Counted from the first letter of the stretch, positions 34,606 through 43,783 are shown. The stretch is DNA of 51,529 bases from Candidatus Uhrbacteria bacterium (GCA_016209325.1 JACQWJ010000036.1:1-51529), one strand, 5' to 3'. The notes: generated from the sequence alone by a model not told the origin. Numbers and translations: made by a program.

Positions 34606-34897
34606 ACCTGTTATCGATGTTTTTGCGCGCGTGAAGGGTTGCATTCACAGGCCTTCGTGTGACCGATGCGCGAGGATGGCGCGAGAATCATGTCATCCTT
34701 CTTTGGAAAATCGGCGACATTGTTCGTTACAAGAACAGCTCCTCTTTCATTTCGCGTATAATGGACCGGATATGGAGGATGGCAGGTTCACAGAACCCTA
34801 TTATATCAAGGGGAAAAGTGCCAAAGTTTAGTTCTATATAGACATCATACCGAGAAACGGGACTCCGTAAACTGAAACGTGGTAAAATAGCCACGTT

Positions 34898-35227
34898 GTG
34901 AAACAAAAACTCAAACAAAGACAGGTAAGGGAACTGGAGGAAATCATTGTTGACGGGGAACGTAAAAGTCCCGAGATCCGTCGGGCTCAAGTCGTTCTGT
35001 TGTTAAATGAAGAGGTTCCTGTTGCCTCCATTCACCGCATCACCCGTTTCAGCAAAACACGGATATTTGCTATCCGTGCGACCTATTTGAAGTGCGACAC
35101 TGATGCCTTGCGAGATAAACGCCAAGGTAAACCAAAAGAGCTGCTTACGAAGAAGCAGCGCGACGAGATCGTGAGTATCGTCGGTAAGAAAACACCCAAA
35201 CAACTCGGATTCGTAAGTGAATTTTGA
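34898..35227 (+). mobile_element. IS630-family transposase fragment (N-terminal HTH part only)
   Basis: ...EIRRAQVVLLLNEEVPVASIHRITRFSKTRIFAIRATYLKCDTDALRDKRQGKPKELLTKKQRDEI... matches the IS630/Tc1 HTH_Tnp layout. The ORF stops after 109 codons and there is no DDE domain. Confidence 0.6.
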
Positions 35228-35414
35228 ACGAGCGGCATTCTTGGAATCAGTCCTGTTTCATAGTGTGGGGACTATAGTCGAAGCCAACCGCTACGGCGCG
35301 AACGGCACCCCCTTCTCGGTCATCCTCGACAAGGATGGAAACGTCCTCAAGGTGATCGACGGTTTATATTCCGCTCAGGAGCTGCTTGACCAGGTGCTTC
35401 AGGAGCAACTCTAG
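35217..35414 (+). pseudogene. C-terminal fragment of a thioredoxin-fold (TlpA/redoxin-like) protein
   Basis: ...YGANGTPFSVILDKDGNVLKVIDGLYSAQELLDQVL resembles the Y.V.G.PT.(F/V).ID..G.(V/I) redoxin C-terminus. No CxxC-bearing N-terminal part is present. Confidence 0.4.
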
Positions 35415-35432
35415 ACGTTCACTCCAACTCTT

Positions 35433-35945
35433 ATGCGTCTGCCCACGCGCAAATCGGAAATTCTGCGTCAGGTCAAGGAAGGAGATGAGGATCGCTACCT
35501 CACTCCCGCCTCGATTGAGTGCATAAAGCGCGAGATCGACGACCTCGTCGGCCGCCAGCGTCCGGAAGCCGCGGCCGAAGTCCGACGGACGGGCGAGATG
35601 GGCGACTTCTCCGAGAACGCCGCCTACCAGATGGCCAAGGGCCGCCTGCGCCAGATTAACGGTCGCGTCGCCAAGCTCGAGGAGCGCATCCGCTACGCCA
35701 TTCCGATCGACACCTCATCCGGTGGGTCCGGCCGCGTCCGCATCGGCTCGACCGTTGTGCTGGAATGCGGCGGAAAACAGGTCACGTACGAGATCCTCGG
35801 CTCGCAGGAGACGAATCCCCTGAAGGGCCGCATCTCGTACCTGTCCCCCCTCGGCGTGGCGCTCATGGGGCATGCGGCTGGAGACATCTTGACACTCGAA
35901 GTCGGTGGGAACCACGTTCCCTACGTCATCGTCGATGTGCGGTAA
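35433..35945 (+). CDS. greA: transcription elongation factor GreA
   Basis: GDFSENAAYQMAKGRL coiled-coil tip motif and C-terminal FKBP-like ISYLSPLGVALMGHAAGD. Confidence 0.88.
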   Translation: MRLPTRKSEILRQVKEGDEDRYLTPASIECIKREIDDLVGRQRPEAAAEVRRTGEMGDFSENAAYQMAKGRLRQINGRVAKLEERIRYAIPIDTSSGGSGRVRIGSTVVLECGGKQVTYEILGSQETNPLKGRISYLSPLGVALMGHAAGDILTLEVGGNHVPYVIVDVR

Positions 35946-35968
35946 CTCGTACGCCTTATTTTTTTCGT

Positions 35969-37231
35969 ATGTCTGAACGTCCGTTTCACGAGACGATGCT
36001 GGAAATACTGAATGTCGAAAAAAGCGAACGGCGACTTCAGGATCTTTTTCTTAAGAGCGAGTCGATTACCGAAGTCCAGCTGGAGGTCTTTGTCGACGGA
36101 TTGGAAAAAGAAATGCGCGAGCAAATTTCCTCTATCGCCTCGGAGGACGAGCGCATTTCCGTTGTTCTGACCCTTTTGCAACGGAAGACCGTGGTTGACC
36201 CACGAGCCGTCATTCGTTCCATCAAGGAGCGCGGCGGCTTTGCCAAGGTCGCGCAGGAAGAAGACGATGGCGAGGTGGAACTAGACATCAGGACGAGGAA
36301 CCAGAACGGAGGCGTGCAGCGAGAGTATCTGTGGACCGACGATGCTGATGTCGAGGTGGCAGTTCAGCAGCTTCAACGAGGTATCCTAACCAAGCTACGC
36401 CACCGGTTCCGCCAGGAAGTCTGGGAGGACCGAATGGCTCTCCATGCCCTTTCCCACATCATTAAGGTCGGGGAGGTCTTCAAGCTCCTCGGGGGAGATG
36501 TCATGAAGATCACCCCCGAATGGATGGCACCCTACGTGCAAGCCAATCACCGCGCTTTGAAGAGACTGTACACGCTTCCAGAACGCAGTCCCTACGTTTC
36601 CTATGCCCTTCTCGAACGTGAGGTGGGCGAGGTTGATGGGGTTATTGAAGCATTCGAGATTCAACGGAACTTGAATTTCGACACCTTAGACGCCTTGCTT
36701 TACGACCAGGCGGGGCCCCCTTCTCTTGTCAAAACGGTTGGGTACGTTTTTGACTACGTCCGAGGCCTCGTGTTTCTGTTTGAGCGCGGGTTTGCGTTGA
36801 CCGACAATACGTTGGACAACATCGGGGTAAGCCGCGAAAATGGAACGGGTTTTGTGTTCGATTTCGGTGCGCTGTTTCAAGCCGCCGACGCCGTTCCCGC
36901 CTTCATCACCAAAAAAGACTATGGCGCACCTGAAGTGAGACAGAATAGGCTGCATCCAGCTTCAGAGGCAGGCGTCGCTTATGAGATAGGTGCATGCCTG
37001 CATTTTATTCACGCCGCCTACAGCGATCTTTCCCTACCATTTTCTGAGCGCATGGTTCTGCGCCTCGTTTCCGTGTTGGCGCACGACCTTACCGAAGAGA
37101 AGCCACAATTCCGTCTTCCTCTTTTCAAAGTATTGCAAAACCTGGAATATATCTGCCAAGAGATCAAGCGTGTCGGATTGGATGCGGATATGGCGCAATC
37201 GACGTCCACGGCGGGTAAAAAGGTTGCATAA
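35969..37231 (+). CDS. hypothetical protein with degenerate protein-kinase-like C-terminal domain
   Basis: LTDNTLDNIGV (D...N catalytic-loop-like, no HRD His), FDFGAL (DFG) and YGAPEV (APE). Start trimmed to ATG 35969 after the greA stop. Confidence 0.45.
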   Translation: MSERPFHETMLEILNVEKSERRLQDLFLKSESITEVQLEVFVDGLEKEMREQISSIASEDERISVVLTLLQRKTVVDPRAVIRSIKERGGFAKVAQEEDDGEVELDIRTRNQNGGVQREYLWTDDADVEVAVQQLQRGILTKLRHRFRQEVWEDRMALHALSHIIKVGEVFKLLGGDVMKITPEWMAPYVQANHRALKRLYTLPERSPYVSYALLEREVGEVDGVIEAFEIQRNLNFDTLDALLYDQAGPPSLVKTVGYVFDYVRGLVFLFERGFALTDNTLDNIGVSRENGTGFVFDFGALFQAADAVPAFITKKDYGAPEVRQNRLHPASEAGVAYEIGACLHFIHAAYSDLSLPFSERMVLRLVSVLAHDLTEEKPQFRLPLFKVLQNLEYICQEIKRVGLDADMAQSTSTAGKKVA

Positions 37232-37297
37232 GTCCCCGTGTCTCCCTTATTTCGACCGTCCAGACCCGCATCTTGCGCATTCCTCCACATTCATACC

Positions 37298-37326
37298 AAA
37301 AACCACCGGAGCGATCCGGTGGTTTT
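37298..37326. terminator. bidirectional rho-independent terminator
   Basis: AAAACCACCGGAgcgaTCCGGTGGTTTT, with an A-run and a T-run on either side, between convergent genes. Confidence 0.7.
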
Positions 37327-37338
37327 ATGATTCAAGGA

Positions 37339-37551
37339 TTACTCGTAATACACCCCGCTGCTGTCCTCGCTCCAACCCTTCATGTGCAAGACCCAGGACG
37401 GGTTCGTTGCAACGGTCTTAAATGCGCCCGTCTTCAGGTCGAGAACGTACACGGCGCCATGTTCGTTGTCCGGGCCGACGACACTCACGAACGCGAGGAG
37501 TGAAGCGTCATCCGGGGAAAACGTGAAGGCACCGATTTGTGGCTCCTCCAC
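37339..37551 (-). pseudogene. C-terminal fragment of a PD40/TolB-like beta-propeller protein
   Basis: IGAFTFSPDDASLLAFVSVVGPDNEHGAVYVLDLKTGAFKTV is a single PD40 blade. The upstream reading frame is broken. Confidence 0.4.
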
Positions 37552-37744
37552 GGCATTTGGAACGGTCCATTGCGTCGGAGACGCGGATCATGCTGCACAA
37601 ACGGGAGTTGTGCAACAAAGCCGTCCCAAAGCGTTCAATGGTCGGCTCGATGACGGAAAAAAATTCGAACGGTCCTCCGGGAGAATTGATGTGCACCCTG
37701 CAGGGCCCGCCAGTCTCTTGCAGCGCCATCAACAATTTCGCCAT
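37508..37744 (-). pseudogene. fragment of a ClpP/SppA-type (S14/S49) serine peptidase
   Basis: ...CRVHINSPGGPFEFFSVI... contains the INSPGG motif. A GTG preceded by AAGGAGG at about 37795 opens a frame that stops after 8 codons, so the gene appears frameshifted. Confidence 0.3.
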
Positions 37745-38009
37745 GCCGTCTCTGTTGATTCATCCGGAAAAATCGATAAGCCGCACGTCGTCCTCCTTGT
37801 TCTGCGATTCTTCTATGGAACATGCCTATAGATCGCACACTATGAAACGGGACTACTCAACTATTCCCTGAGCCTGTCGAAGGGGCGAAATAGGGACGAG
37901 AAGTCCACTTTCATAATGTGACCACTATAGATGGTAGTAAAAGCGCCAACACAGACGTAGAAAAGTATCATTCGGAGGGGTCACACGTCAACCGCATCGG
38001 TCCTATGGC

Positions 38010-39461
38010 CTACAATGCCGCGAGGTCGAGGGTCTGGTCGAAACGGATCTGGTGGACGAAGTCCTCGGCGTGGCTGACCACGATGAGCGCGCCCTCGTAG
38101 GCGTTGAGCGCCCGGGCGATGACAGGCAGGTGGCGGAAGTTGATGTGGTTCGTGGGCTCGTCGAAGATGAGGAGGCTGGGCGCCTGGAGCACAAAGCGTG
38201 CGAAACACAGGAGGCCCTTCTGACCCTCGGACAGGGTGCCAACCTCGGTGCGGAGCGCGTCGCTGTCGAGCAGGAACTGCGCCGCCGTGCGGCGGACCGT
38301 CTCGTTGTCGGGTACCTCCATGGCGGACTCGAGCGCCTGGTAGGCCGACTGCCCGAAGTCGAGGCCGGAGAAGTCCTGCCGGTAGTAGCCGACCTTCACC
38401 TCCGCGGCAATCTTGGCTCCGGGATCTGATCCCCCTGCCAGGGTCCGAAGCAAGGTGCTTTTTCCAATGCCGTTTGGCCCTGCCACGAGGAGGTGCTGAC
38501 CCTTACGGAGCTTGATGTCGACTTCGACGTGCCTGGCTTCGTGGTTCTTGATGACCTTGAGCGAACTCAGACTAACAATGACCTCGGAAAAAGGCTGGGC
38601 AGGAATGACGAAGTCCTTAATGGTCCGGTCGTCACGCTTCACGTCCACCATGTTGTCCTCGGCGTCTGCGACCTGTTCGCGGAGCTTGGCCGCGAGCTTG
38701 CGCATTTTGCCTCCTTTGTGCGCGAAGAAGTTGACCTTGTCCTTGCGGTCCTGGATGCTCTTCAGGAGCTGGGCATTCTTGGCACGGTCACGTTCCACGC
38801 GGGCGGCAATCTCGCGCACCACGTCGTCGTAGTTGCCGTCGTATTTTTCCACCTTGCCCGTGAACACGTCGAGGTGCAACACGCCCTCGGTGAACGCGTT
38901 TAAGAAGTCCGCGTCATGGGAGATGACGAGCACCGTCTTCGGGTACATGATGAGGAACGCGGTCAGGTGGTCGATACCGTCGCGGTCGAGGTTGTTCGTC
39001 GGCTCATCGAGGAGCAGGATGTCGGGCTCCTGAATGAGGGCGTATGCCAAAAGGAGGCGCGCTTGTTGGCCGCCCGAAAACGCGCCCACCTTCTTGTCGA
39101 GGGGGGCGGAGAGATTCACGACATCCAGGACGTCCTTGATGCGCTTGTCGAGGTCGTACGCCACATCAGGAAACGCGTGCGCGAAGTAGTCCCGGATGGT
39201 TTCCTCGAGGTGCTCACGGGACATGACCTGCTTGGCCGTGGCGATCGTCGTCTTGAGGGGTAGGTGGATTTTTCCTTCGTCGGGCTTCAGCTCGCCCGTG
39301 ATCAGCTTGAAGATGGTACTCTTCCCCGCCCCGTTCTGGCCCATGACCGTGAACTTGGTGTTCTCACGCATCGAAAAGTCGGTCTCGTCGAGGATGGGAT
39401 TGTCCTCGCCATAACCGAACGACACGCCTTCGAACCGAATGACGGTATTGCCGTGTTCCAT
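38010..39461 (-). CDS. ABC-F family ATPase (two ABC cassettes, no TMD)
   Basis: Walker A motifs GQNGAGKST and GPNGIGKST, signature motifs FSGGQQARL and LSEGQKGLL, and an inter-domain linker. Start trimmed to ATG 39461 (MEHGNTVIRF). Confidence 0.88.
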   Translation of the reverse strand: MEHGNTVIRFEGVSFGYGEDNPILDETDFSMRENTKFTVMGQNGAGKSTIFKLITGELKPDEGKIHLPLKTTIATAKQVMSREHLEETIRDYFAHAFPDVAYDLDKRIKDVLDVVNLSAPLDKKVGAFSGGQQARLLLAYALIQEPDILLLDEPTNNLDRDGIDHLTAFLIMYPKTVLVISHDADFLNAFTEGVLHLDVFTGKVEKYDGNYDDVVREIAARVERDRAKNAQLLKSIQDRKDKVNFFAHKGGKMRKLAAKLREQVADAEDNMVDVKRDDRTIKDFVIPAQPFSEVIVSLSSLKVIKNHEARHVEVDIKLRKGQHLLVAGPNGIGKSTLLRTLAGGSDPGAKIAAEVKVGYYRQDFSGLDFGQSAYQALESAMEVPDNETVRRTAAQFLLDSDALRTEVGTLSEGQKGLLCFARFVLQAPSLLIFDEPTNHINFRHLPVIARALNAYEGALIVVSHAEDFVHQIRFDQTLDLAAL

Positions 39462-39509
39462 AGTACGGGCACGAGTAAACCAGAAAAATGATGAACGTGC
39501 AAGGATGTC

Positions 39510-39545
39510 AGGCAAATACCAAAGGACCACCGCGCGCGGTGGTCC
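39510..39545 (-). terminator. terminator after the zinc-ribbon gene
   Basis: Minus strand AGGACCACCGCG/CGCGGUGGUCCU palindrome followed by UUGGUAUUUG. Confidence 0.5.
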
Positions 39546-39557
39546 TGTCTTTCTCGT

Positions 39558-40256
39558 CTACTTCTTTTTTCCCGCCGCCTTTTTCTTGACTTCCTTCTTC
39601 GGGGCCGCGGTCTTGGCTTTCAGTGCCTTCTCTTCGGGAGCGACCGGCTTCTTTTCTTCCTTCTTCAGTTCCTTGACGATGGGTTTCTCCTCCTTCACGG
39701 GCGCCTTCTCTTCTTTTTTGTAAGGCGCTGCCGTGGATCCGGCCGGAGCCAGCGCCTTCAGGAGCGCGTCAAACTTGGCGTTTAGTGCCTTCAGTTGTTC
39801 GGCAACTTGTGAGTCGACCCGTGAGTCGACGCCTCCCCGGTTCTGAGTGGGGCCTCCGCTTGCGCCAAAGCACTGGCGGCAATAGACTGGCTTCTCGCCC
39901 GTGGGCTTGAAGGGTACCTCGCACTGGGTGCCGCACTTGGCGCAGGTCACGTTGTACATCCGCTTGTCGTCAAACGAGAACTTTTCCGGGCGAGAATCCC
40001 GGAATCCTCCCGATCCGCCTCCGCCCTCCTCGTCCTTGCGGAAGCAGTTGGGGCAGAACACCGGCCGTCCGGGAGCCGGTTTGAACGGAACCTCGCAGGA
40101 GTTCCCACATTCGCTGCAGGTCGCCTGATGCATGGGCGGGCGTTCCCCGTCCCGTCCGCCGGGTCCGCGTCCCCACGAGCCACCTCCCCCTCCGCCTCCG
40201 AACTTCCGGCCGCCCCCGAATCCTCCGGAGCCGCCGCCACGATTTCCGTACGCCAT
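39558..40256 (-). CDS. tandem CxxC-x17-CxxC zinc-ribbon protein with Gly-rich N-terminal and Lys-rich C-terminal tails
   Basis: CSEC-17-CPNC and CAKC-17-CRQC, both with CEVPFKP inside. GGGSGGFGGG N-terminus and KKEEK/KKKAAGKKK C-terminus. Confidence 0.75.
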   Translation of the reverse strand: MAYGNRGGGSGGFGGGRKFGGGGGGGSWGRGPGGRDGERPPMHQATCSECGNSCEVPFKPAPGRPVFCPNCFRKDEEGGGGSGGFRDSRPEKFSFDDKRMYNVTCAKCGTQCEVPFKPTGEKPVYCRQCFGASGGPTQNRGGVDSRVDSQVAEQLKALNAKFDALLKALAPAGSTAAPYKKEEKAPVKEEKPIVKELKKEEKKPVAPEEKALKAKTAAPKKEVKKKAAGKKK

Positions 40257-40600
40257 AATGTAATGTTGTCCGCGCGTTGCGCATTTTTATTTAGAACTGC
40301 TGGAGTCTACTCCCGTTCGTGAAAAAAAGCAATAGACAACCCCTCGTTCTTGCGAGGGACACGGATTCGGTCTTCTGGCATAGATCGAATCCGTCGAGTA
40401 TCATCATTACCTTAGGTATTCCTTGAACACTCATATGGGTTCTCACTTTTACCAACACCTCCCTGTCCGAACGGGCGCCTTAAAAGATCTTCTACGCATG
40501 AATTAAATTCCTCAACTGTGGTAGACTGTAAGCAGGAATTAAAGAATCAAACCACAAGAGGAATAAGGATGTTATTTGTGGAAGGTGCCTCAGGGACGAC

Positions 40601-40864
40601 ATGACGAACAAAGCGAGGAAGCTCGCAGAGACGCTGAAAAAGACACGGGCGGACATCCAGGCGAGCGTGCAGCGTGTGTTCGGACGTGTGGCCGAGGACC
40701 TCGAGACCGCCTACCTCGAAGTAAGCGGCGAGCTCGCAGCCCGTGTGGACGACCTGAAGTCCCGCGCCGAGCTAACAAAAGAGAAGTACGGCGAAACCGT
40801 GGCACAGATCGTGGATGACTTTTCGAAGCTCCGCGGATGGAGCAAGAACAGGCTGCAAAGCTGA
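40601..40864 (+). CDS. small all-helical hypothetical protein
   Basis: 87 aa, charged with amphipathic heptad-like composition. No recognisable motif. Confidence 0.35.
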   Translation: MTNKARKLAETLKKTRADIQASVQRVFGRVAEDLETAYLEVSGELAARVDDLKSRAELTKEKYGETVAQIVDDFSKLRGWSKNRLQS

Positions 40865-40993
40865 AGGAGGACCTGACGGTCGGACTGGAAGGACTTCGAG
40901 AATACGCACGACAAACAGGAACAGGATCCACACCATGGTCACCAACACTAGCCACCCATCCCCCGCACCACGGGGGATTTCGTTTCAACCCGT

Positions 40994-41968
40994 ATGAAAC
41001 CGACGTCCGTCTTCGACACCTACTGGAAATTCGCCGCCGAACGCCAGGCGATCTTTTTTCGCAAACTCGAAGGGCGGCCGGGACCGTGGACAGACGATCC
41101 CATCTTACGGGCACACAAGTTCACGAACGCCTACCGAGCGGCGGATCGTGTGAGTCAGTATCTGATCCGACGCGTCATCTACGCGGGCGACCAAGCACCG
41201 CGGGAAGTCTTTTTTCGTACCGTCCTGTTCCGTCTCTTCAACAAGATCGAGACCTGGGAACTGCTGCGGTCAACACTCGGAGAGATACGTAGTGACACCT
41301 ACCAGTTCGCGCAGTACGCGAACGTTGTCGAACAAGCGATGCGCAACGGAACCAAAATATACTCGGCCGCCTACATCATGCCAGCGCGTGCCCAGGACCT
41401 CCGTTCAAGCCGTAAGCACGAAAACCACCTGCGCCTTTTGGAGCGCATGATGCGCGAACGGATCGCGGAACGCGTCATGGAAGCACCAAACCTCCGCGAT
41501 GTCTTTCTCCTATTGCGCAGCCTTCCGATGCTGGGCGACTTTCTCGCGTACCAACTGGCGATCGACCTCAACTATGGCCCGCACGTCAACCATTCGGAAA
41601 TGGCATTTGTCGTACCAGGTCCCGGCGCGTACGGTGGCATCCGGAAATGCTTTTCGGATCTCGGAGGCTGTTCTGAAGCGGACGTGATCCGCTGCGTCTG
41701 CGAACGGCAGGAAGAAGAATTCAAAAAGCGCGGCCTACTCTTCCAAACCCTCTGGGGCCGCCCCCTCCAGCTCATCGACTGCCAGAACCTCTTCTGCGAA
41801 GTCAACAAGTACGCCCGCCTGGCGCATCCGGACATCCCCGACCCGATAGGTCGAACACGCATCAAGCAAAAATACCGCCCTATCTCGGAACCTATCGAGT
41901 ATTGGTTTCCGCCGAAGTGGAGGCTGAAGGCGAGTCAAACTGTTTCCAAAAAAATGGGCTCCGCATAA
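40994..41968 (+). CDS. putative DNA base hypermodification protein (aGPT-Pplase-like)
   Basis: PWTDDPILRAHKFTNAYRAADRVSQYL, LFRLFNKIETW, GDFLAYQLAIDLNY and VPGPGAYGG match my memory of the alpha-glutamyl/putrescinyl-thymine pyrophosphorylase family. Not verified. Confidence 0.4.
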   Translation: MKPTSVFDTYWKFAAERQAIFFRKLEGRPGPWTDDPILRAHKFTNAYRAADRVSQYLIRRVIYAGDQAPREVFFRTVLFRLFNKIETWELLRSTLGEIRSDTYQFAQYANVVEQAMRNGTKIYSAAYIMPARAQDLRSSRKHENHLRLLERMMRERIAERVMEAPNLRDVFLLLRSLPMLGDFLAYQLAIDLNYGPHVNHSEMAFVVPGPGAYGGIRKCFSDLGGCSEADVIRCVCERQEEEFKKRGLLFQTLWGRPLQLIDCQNLFCEVNKYARLAHPDIPDPIGRTRIKQKYRPISEPIEYWFPPKWRLKASQTVSKKMGSA

Positions 41969-41985
41969 TCTTCCACAAAAATCTG

Positions 41986-42441
41986 CTACGCGGTCGGCGT
42001 AAACAGGTCGGCCGCCTCGTCTTTCGCCTTCGAAGCGCGTGCGCGGCGGGGAGGGGCGGACGGCTCACGCGGCTTGGCGGCCAGGTACGCGGCGAGGAGA
42101 AGGGCCAGGAAGTTCCCAGACTCGAGAAGAACGGACGCGGTCGACAACTTGTCCTTCGGCTCTGACCCGTCGATGAGGGCGAAGACGGCCATGCCTACGG
42201 CGAAGTCCAGGGCGATCCAGATCAGAATCGGGCCGATACGCTGCGAAAGCGTCCGCGCGAAGCCGGGGCGGAAGTAGAGCCACCCGAACAGGAGGTAAAA
42301 AAACGGGGCGTTCAGGAGACCGACCAAAAGAAAAAAGTCGTTGAACTGCAAAACGGTCCACGCGATGACCGCGACGGCATTGGCCGCGTAGGAGGCGATG
42401 AAGGAGGCGAGCCAGAGGAAAAGAAGACGACGGATGTGCAT
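41986..42441 (-). CDS. 4-TM membrane protein
   Basis: 151 aa with four hydrophobic helices and a basic C-terminal tail. Confidence 0.5.
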   Translation of the reverse strand: MHIRRLLFLWLASFIASYAANAVAVIAWTVLQFNDFFLLVGLLNAPFFYLLFGWLYFRPGFARTLSQRIGPILIWIALDFAVGMAVFALIDGSEPKDKLSTASVLLESGNFLALLLAAYLAAKPREPSAPPRRARASKAKDEAADLFTPTA

Positions 42442-42575
42442 AGAATATCAGTAGGACTTACGCATTTGAGCCTAGTTCTAGGAGCAGGCGAGCACCGGAG
42501 TAAGCCGTACTTAGAGGTACGACGTCGAGGAGCGGAGCCTGCGACAACGAAATAGGCCAAAGGCGGAAGTCCTAA

Positions 42576-43733
42576 TCAGGAAAAAAGATCAAATAGGGCG
42601 TAGACCATCCCGCCCAAAAAGACGGCGACCAGCCCCCAGCTGACGACGTTTGGGACGTCGAGACAGGTGCGTGTGCGGCACACAGGACTCCTCTGGAGGC
42701 GCTCGTAGGTCAGAATGAGAAGGATCCCGACGCATCCGCCGAGCACGGCGCCGAGGAAGCCGATGAGGTGGATGAACTCGCGGGCGCCGAGGAGGAACGC
42801 GGCGGTCGGCACGGCGAGAGTGAGGAGCCAGGCCTTACGAAGCCCTATGCCGTAGTCGAAGCGAAACGTGCTTTGGAGCTGGATCGTGAGTTGGGAAAAA
42901 ATGGATGCGACCGTCAGAGAACCGAGCACGGCTCCGGCGATGGCAAACGTGCGCCCAAGAAGAGGGACCAGACCGTCGAACGCCTTCTCAGTCGTAAAGA
43001 TCCCGGTGGCGCCGACGACAGCGAATGCGAACGTGGCGTACAAGAAGATGATGATAGCCTGACCGACGACGAGCGCATGCGGCAGGCGTGATGCTTGTTT
43101 GCCGAGGATGTCCTTCATCTCGGGCACGACGCCGAGGCCGGACAGAGCAAAGACGATCACGCCGTACGGCACGAACCAGTGAGGGGTCGAGACGCGCGCA
43201 AGGTTTCCGAGATCGACGTAAGGCAGCGCGGCCAGACTCATGAACGCGAACAGGAACAGCAGGACGGCGACGATCGGCGTCTCAGCCTTGGACAGCTGGG
43301 AATTTCCCCGAAACGTCAGGAGACCGACTAGCACGACCAGGCCCAGATGGTACCAAACGACGGATCCGCCGAGGACGGGCCCGAGCAGAGTAAACAAAAA
43401 TTCGCCCCCCAGAATGACGTACGCCACCATGGCTCCCCACGTATAGGCCATGAACAGAACGGTCGCGATGCCTCCCCAGGGCGAACCGAGGTAGTGCTTC
43501 ACATATCCAGCGATCCGGTAACGTCCGGGCGTCTGCACAGCCACTTCGGCGTACATGAGCTGAAGAGCCAAGAGGAGTCCTCCGACAACCAAGAGCTCCA
43601 GCAATCCCAAAAGGTAGCCGCTCCGCGCAAAGGCGTAAGGGATGCCGAAGACGCCGACCCCGATGACGGAACCGACCATGGTGCCCACAGCGCGAAACCA
43701 CGGGATGTTGGGATGCGCCGGAATTTGTCGCAT
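42576..43733 (-). CDS. amino-acid permease (APC-superfamily, aromatic/Aa_trans-like)
   Basis: 385 aa, about 11 TM, with N-terminal GTMVGSVIGVGVFGIPYAFARSG typical of amino-acid transporters. Confidence 0.6.
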   Translation of the reverse strand: MRQIPAHPNIPWFRAVGTMVGSVIGVGVFGIPYAFARSGYLLGLLELLVVGGLLLALQLMYAEVAVQTPGRYRIAGYVKHYLGSPWGGIATVLFMAYTWGAMVAYVILGGEFLFTLLGPVLGGSVVWYHLGLVVLVGLLTFRGNSQLSKAETPIVAVLLFLFAFMSLAALPYVDLGNLARVSTPHWFVPYGVIVFALSGLGVVPEMKDILGKQASRLPHALVVGQAIIIFLYATFAFAVVGATGIFTTEKAFDGLVPLLGRTFAIAGAVLGSLTVASIFSQLTIQLQSTFRFDYGIGLRKAWLLTLAVPTAAFLLGAREFIHLIGFLGAVLGGCVGILLILTYERLQRSPVCRTRTCLDVPNVVSWGLVAVFLGGMVYALFDLFS

Positions 43734-43783
43734 ATACAGCCCATTATAGCATTCTCTTGAATCCCACAGGAAGCCCGAGTAAG

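Noticed and set aside
34592-34990. ORFs 34592-34831 (+) and 34727-34990 (-) in the AT-richer spacer
   Set aside because: They have no motifs, overlap each other and lie in a region of gene debris. The first starts inside the operator repeat.
40320-40600. Possible small structured ncRNA upstream of the zinc-ribbon gene and of 40601
   Set aside because: Two hairpins are visible, but I could not match them to any known RNA family (6S, SRP, tmRNA, RNase P, riboswitch cores) by eye. Left as an unassigned intergenic region.
40837-41292. 151-aa ORF overlapping the end of 40601-40864 and the start of the aGPT-like gene
   Set aside because: It runs out of frame through a well-formed downstream ORF. 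A frameshifted extension of the 87-aa protein is possible but not supportable.
42442-42575. 8-bp inverted repeat TAGGACTT/AAGTCCTA enclosing about 100 nt between two minus-strand membrane genes
   Set aside because: It is short, a single occurrence, with no second copy in the window. Insufficient to call a repeat element or RNA.
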